Assembly (NCBI RefSeq): GCF_052425735.1
Contig: NC_135761.1
Span: 23,746,001 to 23,810,000, forward strand
Reading direction: 5' to 3'
DNA: 64,000 bases
Origin: Oculina patagonica
Lineage: Eukaryota
The notes under the pieces are model-generated. The model ran no database searches. It was not told the origin of the DNA and was given only the letters and a program-made list of their open reading frames with translations. The stretch's first letter is position 1. Every line of letters starts with the position of its first letter. A program made the position numbers and the translations under genes. This document shows, piece after piece, positions 39,326 to 50,485 of the stretch.

Positions 39326-41059
39326 TTATTGTGTGATCAGTTGCTGAAGTCTCAAAAACTCCTGTAGCACCTCGTTCGCAGTCGGCCGTTGCTGAGGATC
39401 CGTCGCGCGGCACCTTTCCATAATTCTCTCAAGTTTACTCTTCGCGAAATCACTCCCGTTTACGCTGTCCAGTAGCTTTTCCACGACTGCAGGAATCTTC
39501 CAAATGTCCACTTTTTCGTCGTAGGTCAGCGTCATATCCAATCTAAGACTTGTTGATACATTGGGCCATTTTTGCTCTGGTGCGAAAAATTTTCCCAACT
39601 CCTGCTGTTTGCATTCAAGTCCTTTATCTCGTGTAACTTCTTGTGTACTATCCAGATCGTTTATAACCAAGTGAAAGTCATCAGTGATCAAGTATTGCGA
39701 CAGTAATTTACGCAGGGTGGGAGTATCGCACATGACGAGGATTCCACTAGGACTGCAGTGCATGAAGTTCATGATCTTTACATAATCCATACACAGCTGA
39801 AATCTTGTCTGTATATTGTTATGGTGGGAGAACTGCGGCTGTTGAAGAAGCCTACCTAGAGTATTTGCCGAGCCATGTTTATAATACATCGTTACAATCT
39901 GCAAAAAAATTGTAGTCTCCCCATGAACAGCTTATTGGGCACGAAGTTCACTTAGAAGAAATGGTTTTAGTGATCGCATGTTAGGCAATCTATAGACTCA
40001 CCACGAGGGAGGGGGGGGGGTCCCCAGATACATGCTATACCGTTAATTAAGTGCCGCCCCGAAGATATAGTTTTTGGTAGGCAAGAGAGCATGTGTTTTA
40101 CTGTCTTTTTTAAAATAGGCCATAAATGTTGCCGTTTTGGTCCGAAAATGGAAAAGAACATATCTACATAAAAGCACTCATCGCTATTCATCGGGCCTCT
40201 TTATCTTCCAATGAAAAAAAGAAAGGCAAACAATGATCTAAAAATGGGTATAGAAAATAATCTATTTTGGTCTGGAGAACTGGGCAACAGTACAAACATC
40301 CACCAAAAATTCGAAGAAAAAACCCCCTGGTAGAAGACTCATTAATATAATATGTCAAATTATGGACATTTTAATTGTATCCGAAACATTTGTTTAACGA
40401 GGGAAGACAAAGCTGTTGTTCACGGGCCATTTTGATATATTGCAAATTTTGAAAACTGTCAGTAGGGCTCATAAAATAAAAAATAAAACTTACTATACCT
40501 CTTGTTTATCGTAACATTTCCCGATGAGACGAGTGACAAAAGGCCCTTGAAGCCGTTCCATCCAGGTCATTCCGCGTAAACAGATTCTCTTAAAACTTGG
40601 GCGCGAGCAGTTCACAAAGACAACTTGATGGCCCTCCCAGTCTGCCAGCCATGTCCCTTTTATCATTCCCCCGGGGATCTGCTCCCTGGCATGAACTTGA
40701 AGAGCGATTTCCGAGCAGTTTAACCAAGGCCTGCATTCACTCCAGCCGGAAAAACTAAATGTTCCCCTAGGGCATGGCAGACAACCCTCTGGTGAAGAAA
40801 ACATGTAATCAGAACACGCCGTTTTTTGTCTCGCCTGTGTAAGGAACGTTTTGTTCTTCTTTTTTATCTTGACGCTTGGTTTCAAAGTGCCGTTGAGCTG
40901 ACCGTAATACACATAGATTAATAATAAAACTAACCAGACTGCCGAGGTATAGTAAATGACTCTACACAAAATTTTCAGCCCATGTTGTAACTTTTTGCTG
41001 AGGAAAGCGCTTGTCATCGTAGTGACGGAAGTATACTGACCGCCTTTGGAAATGTACAT
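39326..41059 (-). CDS. Protein O-mannose kinase (POMK/SGK196)-like type II membrane kinase, 2 exons, about 377 aa
   Basis: Exons 41059-40499 and 39898-39326; N-terminal TM segment; CRPWLNCSE, HCSPSGILVMCD, LSQYLIT, NDLD, FFAPEQKWP, YDEKVDIWKIP are POMK signature motifs. The start could be a downstream Met. Confidence 0.9.
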
Positions 41060-42404
41060 GGGACTTCAGCTAAGTGCAAATCATTTGACGCATTCTAACA
41101 TTGAAAGAACCAAGTAACCCGAGTGACACACACGAACTTGCGTACGAGAGGAACCTCAATTTTGCGTATAAATGTGAAACTTGTTTTCTTGAATTCAGGT
41201 TGACATTCAGACTTGCTAAGCGTCGGCAAGTTATTATCAAAAATTTTAATTGCAGAATTCGCCGCCTTTCTTTTGTTTGTAGTTTCACTTTAGTACAGTT
41301 TCAGTTGTTCAACCATGTGTCATTTGTACTTTCATATAACTCATTTCTGCACTCCAGTTTTGTTTAATTGCATTGTTCAATTTTGTTACCTGCTAATCTG
41401 TTAAACAAATAAAATATACGGACTCCCACACTGATGCTAAAAATAAAAACTTTAAGATGTCTTGTCTGGAAAGAAACCTATTTTTGTTATAGCAACGGAA
41501 TTGAGTAAAATCCATAATTTTTTATGACTTTGAACGCTATTGTAGATTCTTAATTATAAGTGCATGTTTTTTAAACACTAGTTTTTGGATGTAAAGCTAT
41601 TAATTTGAGTCACATATATGGCGGTCGTAGAAATCGATATACTACCGGCTAAGTTGTAAACAAGCAAGTGTGACGACATTTTGAGACATTGCATGAAAAA
41701 CAAGTAAATACATACGATATATGCAATAAGTTGTTTCTTACGTATTTGTTTAGTTCTTGACGCACTACAAAACACTTCTGAAAATTTCATTTTTGACTTG
41801 GATATGATTGATGGTCCATAAAACATAGCACAAATATAAAAGAAACTCGGTGATTGGCAATTAAAATTTCAAAAAGCGGTCACAACACTTTTGTCGCCAC
41901 GATGGCGAGCATTATCCTTATTCGGGACCGGGCGCTTATTTAATTTTTTTTTAGAAACAACTAAATGTTCAAAACAAAACTTTAATGAATATTAAAATAA
42001 CTAACAATAACAGAAACTGTAACAGAAACAAATTGTTGAAAGTTCAGTTACTTTTCAAATAATTGTTTCTTTTAGTAGTAAATATTATACATGTACGGTA
42101 CGGTGAATGTTCATGAGTTTATCTATTCGACGTCGACGACTTCAGTAGGGGCCGTTAGCCACAATAGGATCGGTTAATAGAATAGGGGCGCTTATTGACA
42201 TAAATACAGAAGTTATGAATTCACAGGCCAAGGATAGTACCCTTTTTAAAATTAGATTTCCCTATGTTGTTTCAACAAAGATTTCAATACTCACGAGAAA
42301 GCGGGGGGGAGGGGGGAGGGGGTAGAGAGAGACCGTCAGAATGAGGCTGGATCAGGGTTACTAGGCATTTGCAAAAAGTCCGCGCTCGCGCCAAAATGAC
42401 CTGC

Positions 42405-42545
42405 CCCTCTGGAGCTCATTACGAGTTCTGTAGCATGAAGTGATTTGGGTTACTGGTCTTCCCCCCCCCCCCCCTGGATTGTATGCTAGTCCATTGCAAG
42501 TTCCCTCAGTTCCATTTTGAATCCTGGGTGGGGAGGTCACACTTA
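42405..42545 (-). mobile_element. Fragment of a cnidarian-type tRNA-derived SINE
   Basis: ttctgtagcatgaag...ccccctgga..g.atgctagtccat.gca matches a recalled common cnidarian SINE core; second fragment at about 48760-48885. Confidence 0.55.
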
Positions 42546-42600
42546 TAGCCGTCTTGATTTCTTAGCGATACAGTGGCCTATTGATTAGTGCACTTTATTT

Positions 42601-42731
42601 TCTAAGTAATTTGACTTGAGAACGCTTCTTCATTCATTTTTACTTCACCCAAGTCACCATTCCACTTCTCATTTATTCACATTAATCATATCGTCGTCTT
42701 GAGCCTTGCAGTTTTGCAGGACGTGACACAT
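42601..42731 (+). repeat. Left part of a tRNA-related repeat unit interrupted by the LINE
   Basis: Shares gtaatttgacttga...cttcatt...ccaagtcacca with 45677-45745 and gcagt..gcaggacg..tg.cac with 51198-51220. Confidence 0.65.
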
Positions 42732-45540
42732 TTTTTTTTTTTTCACATATTTATTGCCATTGTTTTGCAAACAGAAATTTTACAATTTTACAGACTTATA
42801 TACAGATTTGCGGTGCATATATACCAATGACACCGTTACAATATACTATGTACTATCTTATCTATTTACCATTATCTTACTCGTAAGAACTTATGATTTA
42901 GTTATTATTACTTATATATAAATGCCATCTAGTCGAATCTAGTCTGAAATTTGCTCTGCATATTATTTTTTACTGCTATATACTTCTCAGTTCTATATTT
43001 TAGATCAACTAGTTCTTTAAATACATCAATATTTGGGATTTTTGAATGTTTCCGACTCAACCAGATATGCAATTTTGCTAGAATTAAAAAATAATTCAAC
43101 AAATCACTTTTTTCTATTTTCCCAATGAACACGTCTTTTAGCGTAAGTTCCTCCTGTTGGCCTGTTAATACAAACCAGAAATTTTTAAAGTGTTCCCAAA
43201 AGAGATGTGTCAAAGAGCAGTGATAGAATAAATGATATACTGTTTCTGACTCATTTTTACAAAATGTACAAGTATCATTTGGAACATAACCGATTTTTGC
43301 TAACCGCGTATTAGTGAATGTAATATCATTTAATAGTTTAAATTGAAAACTTCTAACAAAGGTTTCCGATAAAATAGACTTTAAATTAAGAAAAGCCTTT
43401 GACACAGTTGTATCATCTAATCCAAAATCTTCTTTAAGTTTATTAAAACCCCTCGATACCGTTAACATCATAATTACATCTCAATAGAAAAGTGCCACCG
43501 TAACTGTCAAGCATTTGATTAATATAAGCTTTCCATGGTACAGAGCCCTCAGAAAATATTCTACCAAGCCAGGCTTATCTTAAAGATTTAATTGAAGTTT
43601 CTACATCTATCAGCCTTAGCCCTCCAAATTTAATGTCATTAATTGTTGCTGCTCGTGCTATTTTGTCAGGCCCATTCCATAGGAAGTTATATATAATAGT
43701 GTTAATCTGCTTGATGAAATCTTGTGGAGTTGGGAGAACTGAGAATACATATATCATCTTCGAAAGCAAAAAGGATTTAATTATTGTAACTTTTCCAAGC
43801 AGTGAGAGACCTCTGCAACGCCATAACCGCGTGTGCAACTTAATATCTTTTAGTTTTTCATAAAAGTTTTTCTGCAATTGTTCAGTTTCGTTATATGTAA
43901 AAACTATTCCAAGTGCCTTCACTGTATTTACCCATTTAAGTCCCAAAGGTGCCGCTGTATTATTTCGACAGGAGCCAATCCACATAGCTTCAGTTTTGGT
44001 ATAATTGACCTTTAAACCCGAACAAGTTTCAAATTGATCTAGCAAATGAAAGGTACGTTGTACACAATCGAGATTTGGCACAAACACAGTGAGGTCGTCA
44101 GCATATTGTACGAATTTAAATTCCTCTCGCCCTATTTTAAGTCCTTGAATTTCTGTTTTACTTCGAATCGCAGTAGCTAAAATTTCAGCTGCAATAATAA
44201 AGAGATATGGTGATAATGGGTCGCCCTGCCTGACTCCTCTCTGTACATCGAAGTAAGATGTGCACATCCCATTATTTATCACACAGCTAGATATATTTTT
44301 ATAAAATGTTTCTACCCATCCTTTAAAACTAGGTCCAAAACCAAACACGTCTAAGCACTTTAACATGAATTCCCAATCGATGCTATCAAATGCCTTTTCG
44401 AAGTCAATAAAAAGTAATATACCTGGTATATTTTGCTTCTTTGTACAGTCCATAATATCTATAATTGATCTTGCTGCTTCGCCAATGAACCTACCCTTTA
44501 CATAACCGGTCTGATTACAGTGAATTATTTCCGGTAGGACTTTAATAACTCTAGCTGCAATTACTTTAGATGCAATTTTCGCGTCTACATTAGTCAATGA
44601 TATTGGTCTCCAGTTTTCAAGATAGTTTCTTTCTTTTCCTTTCTTTTCAATAAGTGTTATAACAGCTTGTTTCTGTGAGTGAGACATTTCCTTTTTGTAA
44701 AAAGCCTCATTAAATGAATCAACCATAAATTTGCCTAATAAAGGCCAGAATGCTTTATAAAATTCTATTGGAATTCCATCGTTTCCGGGCGTTTTACCCG
44801 TGTGAAAAGAGCCTAATATATTTTCGCATTCCTGAAGAGTTATTTCTCCCTCACAATTTGTGCTTAATTCCTCGGAGAGTCTTTTTAAATTTGGATTTTG
44901 AAAGAAGAAATTAGCTTCATCACCGTTTAGATTAACTTTTTGTTTACTATAGAGCTTTCTATAAAAGCATTTTTCAGCGTTGAGTATTTCGAAAGGATCA
45001 GTTGAGATGGACCCACTGACAAACAGTTTACGTATATGCTTCTTAATATTATTACGCTTTTCTAAATTTAAGAAATATTTAGTATTTTTCTCACCATGTT
45101 CGTGCCACATTGCTCTGGAGCGAATGATAATTCCCTCTACTTTTTCGTCATATAATGCTTCTAACTCACTTTTAAGTTTTTCAGTTTCTAGTCTAGTTGT
45201 TTCGCAAGGGTTTTCCTGAAATTTTCTTAGCATGTCTTGATGCCTGGCGTTAAGTTCTTCCTCCCTTCTCTGTCGGTCTTTTGACAGCTGCTTTGAATAA
45301 ATAATTGAGCTAGTTTTGATTTTAAATTTAAGCCAGTCCCATTTTGCTCGCTTGTCTGACAGATCTCTTGCATCTTCCAGCCAATTGGGTAATTCTTTAC
45401 TTATCATCTCAACATAATCAGGCCTGGCCAGCAGGGAAGTGTTTAGTTTCCAGAAACCTGGTCCCCGTTGACTATCTTTAATATCTTCTAGTTCTAATAT
45501 TATGGACGAGTGGTCAGTTTTTATTGAAGCTTGAATATCA
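42732..45540 (-). mobile_element. 5'-truncated Tx1/L1-clade LINE (end of APE domain, RT, CCHC), inactive
   Basis: TDHS, RGPGFWKLN, NWRPISL, GVRQGDPLSP, QYADD, CTFC...HLFYHC; premature stop at 43575; internal deletion near 43465; aataaa plus poly(A) at 42732-42743. Confidence 0.93.
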
Positions 45541-45745
45541 ACATAACAACCTAGTTCACCACCTCGCTTACCACGAACCTCTCTAAACTTAGTGGTTAGA
45601 GTGTCCAACCGCTTTCTGGAAGGACACGTGTTGGACTCCCCTTGGGGGTCCCAGATATTTTATTTTCTGTGTACCGGTAATTTGACTTGAAAATGGTTCT
45701 TCATTCCCTTCACTTTATCCAAGTCACCAATGCACTTATCATCTT
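45541..45745 (+). repeat. Right part of the tRNA-related repeat unit
   Basis: Degenerate tRNA-like segment (ttagtggttagag...gttggactccc) followed by a direct repeat of 42606-42670. Confidence 0.65.
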
Positions 45746-46019
45746 AAAATGATTGACAACACCACATGATTAAGATACACAAGGGGCCTATTAAGTGTGG
45801 AAAGACAGGCAACCATCTTTTTCAGGCTGTTACAAGTGTTTCATGCTCATAGGGTTACTTGTAAAAGAAAAACATTACAGTTACACTGAAACAAGACGCA
45901 ACAAAATCATTTATTACAACGTTTTATTCACAAAGGTTACATCCAATCATGTAATAAGTCACACTGCAGCTGATCTTGAACCATCTAACAAAGGTGAAGT
46001 GAAGGGGACATCACTGGCA

Positions 46020-48005
46020 TCACTGGCTGATTGTTTCTACAAGACAAAGAAAAGATACTTGTAAAAGATCTTCTGGTATTGTGGGGTCGGGGAGGCAGAG
46101 GGGGTGGCAGAAAGGCAGGAAAACTGGAATAAAGGTGTTGGGTAGTCTAAGGAAGTTGGAAAAAAATGAGGGTGGGAAATAAGATTTCTAAGGTGGTTTG
46201 AACTAATAATAAATAAAATAAAAATAAACAAAAATAAATAACTTAATGTAAGTGTCAATGTATTTAGCACTGTTGTGCTTATGTTTGTGCTTATTTATTT
46301 ACAGTGTCCACAATTAGCACAACAGTGCTAATCTAACATAAACTGTGAACTGGGAGAAATAGGAACCACATCACATCTTAGAAAACCCCTGCAAGAAAGC
46401 ATGCACTTTACTTCACCAAAACTTCAGAGAAACAAGAAAATGTCGCTATTTTGTAGATGACCTCCAGCCACTGCACTGCACTGCACTGCGTGGGGAGTAA
46501 AAGCTTTGGGAAGCAGGAATTTCAGATCTGCCTTGCCACCCCAGGCCAAAGACAGTTGGTTTGGTGCAAAATCTAAATACTCTAATGTTTCGATTTAGCG
46601 CCCTCCTTCAAATAAGCGTCCCCTCCATAATAAGCGCCCCCTTTGAATGTGTTTTTGTCAATAAGCACCCCTATTCAAATTACCGTACCGTACATGTATA
46701 TATTCACTGCTTAAATGAACAATTCTTTTAAAAGTAACTGAACTTTCAACAATTTGTTACTGTTACAGTTTCTGTTATTTTCAGTTATTTTAATATTTTT
46801 TAAAGTTTTATTTTGAACATTTGGTTGTTTCTCAAAAAATTAAATAAGCGCCCTGTCTTGAGGTTCCAAAAGTAAATAAGCGCCCTGGGCGCTAAATTGA
46901 ATCATTACAGTATGTCAAATAAAACAGGGTGACAAGACTATAAATGTTAAGGAAGTTAGATGGCTGGAATACTTTGGTGAGCAATAAAATCAAACTGCAT
47001 TTTTCCAAGACATACAAAACAGGAATGAACTAATGTTTAAACCCTTAAACTAATACTTACTTGCTTCCCCAGCTTGCTTACCACCTTCCCATTTCAAAGA
47101 CTTCATAAGAGATTCTTCACGCTTTAATGCTTCCACTCGTAACTCTGGCTTCAGACATCTTCTGACAAGCCTCGCACAGATGGATGAATAGTTAAGATAG
47201 CTAGGGAGACAAGGAATAAATTTACAGGTTCAATCTACAAGCAATGGTAATTAATGAATGTATTAGCACCTTCTCTGGAGAGAAAACTACAAGGCTGACT
47301 TGGGATATTATCCTGTAAAATTGGGTAGGATGTTGCCTTATACTATCATGTAGTCAGCCAGGTTTGTAGGTGGTGTTGACCAAAATCAGACATAATAATT
47401 ATTTCATCAGGCATTGTGGCATATTTAGCAAGCTAAAAAGGAGAATTCAGTGGGCTAAAATACATTTTATCCCGCTACCGTGGACAAATCAAAAGCAAGA
47501 AAACAACAAAGCCAGCCAATCAGAACTGAAAACCATTCAACTGTTTTCCCAGTATATGGACATCATGATAATTTGTTAATGTGAAAAATTAATATTAATA
47601 GGGGAATTTGAGAGTACCTTTGTAGTTCCAAGAAGGGGGGGGGGGAGGGGGTAGGTGTAGGAAATTCATAAGATATTTTGCAGTCATCAACCACAGGGAT
47701 ATTGATAGCATGATGGGAGAATTGTTTTGAAAATCTAGGGAATATCTTATATACATAGCCGTGAACACGCGCAATTTTGCTAGCTGACGTCTAAGTCCCC
47801 ACTAATTTTCAAAACCCTCGTGAGGCAATATCAGATATATTTAGAAAGAGTTTCAGATAATTAAGACTTGATATCCTCTCATTCTTAACACAGATCGAAT
47901 GAAAAATGTTTCATCAACCTTTTTATGTCATAAAAACTATGTAATAAGGAAAATAAAGAAGTAAATTTCCAACCTTAGACCGGCTTGCCTCCAATACGAC
48001 ACCAT
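46020..48005 (-). CDS. ATP5F1E: ATP synthase F1 subunit epsilon, mitochondrial, 3 exons, 62 aa
   Basis: Exons 48005-47974, 47200-47061, 46036-46020 give MVSYWRQAGLSYLNYSSICARLVRRCLKPELRVEALKREESLMKSLKWEGGKQAGEAKTISQ*; aataaa on the minus strand near 45922-45927. The last exon is the least certain. Confidence 0.93.
46580..46910. mobile_element. TA-flanked MITE, family of 25532-25967
   Basis: aataagcgccc repeats, shared core, ...gaatcattacag|ta end. Confidence 0.8.
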
Positions 48006-48138
48006 CTTGGATTTTCGTACCCTTCAAAGCGCCTGCTCTGCTAAAGTTAACCTCTGGTATAAATATTGCGGGCTCGAAATTTACTGGCGAAGGTGGAGCA
48101 TGCGCCGTAGCACGAAAAGAAATGGAAGTTCTTCTGTA
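48006..48138. promoter_or_regulatory. Very compact bidirectional promoter between ATP5F1E and CNEP1R1
   Basis: Only 133 bp between divergent ATGs; CpG-rich; gcatgcgc NRF1-like motif near 48098-48105. Confidence 0.65.
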
Positions 48139-50454
48139 ATGGCAAGCCAGCAAGTTACGGAAGGTTTGTGAGCTGCAAATTGTTCAGATCACCTTCAAAG
48201 TCATTGAAAAATTGTTTAAAAACGAGCTTTGCATATCTGTTCCTGTTTTGCAGATCTTAAGGCATTTGAACGAAGGCTAACGGAGTATGTGTCGTGTTTA
48301 GGTCCTCAAGCAGGAAGATGGAGACGTGAGTTTCTAGAACACATTGGAAGCATTTTTCTGCTCAAAGTGAAATATTTCCAAAGATCGTTAACTTAGGAAG
48401 ATTACACGAGACTCAAAACCGATGCTTGGCATTTTTGTTCATATTTTAATGATATTTTTTATGATAATATATCCGTGCATTGGAAATGACAAAGTCGCAC
48501 CTGTATAAATTCCGTACATGTACAAGCTCAATATTTTGCTGCAAAGTTAATTTGGCTAAATTTCTTTTATTTTTTGCAGTTATCCTTGTTATATCATCAG
48601 TTGCAACTGCTGCTGGAGCCTGGGGATTAATAACAGATAATCAACATGTAAGTTGACTTCTGAAGTGTGATACTCATAAGTTGTTTTTGAAGTGGGCCCA
48701 ACGCTAAGGCTCAAGTAGCAGGGAAATGCATATCACAGCAACATGAAAGGTTGAGATAAAGTCTGCGTAGAGCCGATGGGCTCATATCACCTTAGCTTAT
48801 CCTGGTTTCTGTAGCATTAAGCGTCTAGGAATATTTTTACTTCGCCTGGAATGGGACCCTCAGCATTATTTTGCCAGTACCCAGTACCAACACGAAGCAG
48901 TGACAAATTCACATCACATATGGTCACAGGCAATGTCATGTTGTGTGCATATGTAGGACAAACAACTAGTAAGAACAAAATCATAACAGGGACATGTTGC
49001 AAAAATTAAGTCACAAGGAAACACTGACATCTTTGCAAAATGGGTCCCCATATCTTCTCGAAAAAAAAAAAAAAAAAAAAACAGGGACATAATATCTGCA
49101 AAACTCAAGAACACTCTCATGTTGCAAAAATTTGAACTCACCCCCCAGTATGATTCCATCTTTAATTTCATGTAATTGTATTTGCTGATAAAAATACTGA
49201 CTGTCAGGTAATATAGACTCAGTTTGTTTAGTGGATTGCAGGTTTTCCAGTAATCAGCCACTTACTTATGTTAATTCTATGCACCTATCAATAGTTTTCC
49301 CCAGGATGGAGGGGGGGTAATCCCAGGGGAATTTGACATTTTCAGGTTTTCAAATCTCAATTTCCCCACCCTTGGGTCTCCATTGAGAGTGACAATCCCA
49401 CCCTTGGCCAGGCCTTCTCCACTTTCTGAGTAAAATTTTTCACCAAGGGGACTGTTGTGAAAGTCAAAATCCTTTCCCAGGTAGAGCTATGTGAAGTCAA
49501 ATTTCCGTGGGTTGCCTCCCCCCTCATCATGGTGCAAACCATTAATTGGTGCATTTGATCTCACGCTGTTATTGGCGACACAGTGTGCTTATGGTTAGTG
49601 AGTCTGGGTCAAGCAACCTGGATTTGTGTTTGAGAAAAGATATTTGGGTGGGTGGGGGGGGGGGGCGGAGGATTAAGGTCAAAGTACAAATAAAGTTGCA
49701 CTTTTTCTTGCTCCAATAAACAGTAAGAGAAAGGAGATGATGAATGTGCCATTGCATTTAAATTTGAAACGAGGAAAAATAAAAATCTTTTTGACATAGA
49801 ATTCATTTAAAACTACAACATAATATGCAAATTCCAGTTGACAATACAATTTCATATCCTTAGGTACATTGCTATTTAACACATACATGTGGCTCCATTG
49901 TTATTTTATTTCCTTGTAGCATCCTTCACTACTGCAGTACCTTTGGCATCACAAGTTGTTTACAATTAGCTGCTGTAATTTATTCATTCTATTTATGCTT
50001 GGAATTCATAGAAGAGTAATGGCCCCACATATGTATCCTTTACTGATAAATAAATTAATAAAATACATTAGAGAATTTTTTTGTATAAAACAAATTATAA
50101 CCCACTAATTAATTTCCATGCACTCTCATTGGTCAAAACTCATTTTGTGGCAAGACATCGTCTTCGGACAATGGGTACTATCAGGCAATATACCCTGTCT
50201 GATTTGATTATCTGTTGCTCATTTTATGGAGAAGTGTGAAACAATCTAATGGCCACTTTTTCAGCTTTACCTCAATTTTATCAAAGTGTTAAAGAAATTA
50301 CATAAAACAATCAACTTTCATTTATTTCACCTGCAGTTATGCTGTGATTATCACTGTGAGTTTGTTTTCTTTTTTACCACGATAAAGCACATTGCAAGAA
50401 TTAATCTGAGAGTAATAAAATAGATAAACCCTTTTCTGGCTTGCTGACATATTG

Positions 50455-50485
<31 letters not shown>

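Noticed and set aside
45541-45608. N-terminus MDTLTTKF... of the 677-aa LINE ORF
   Set aside because: It reads in from the flanking repeat; the element is truncated at about 45540 and lacks most of the endonuclease.
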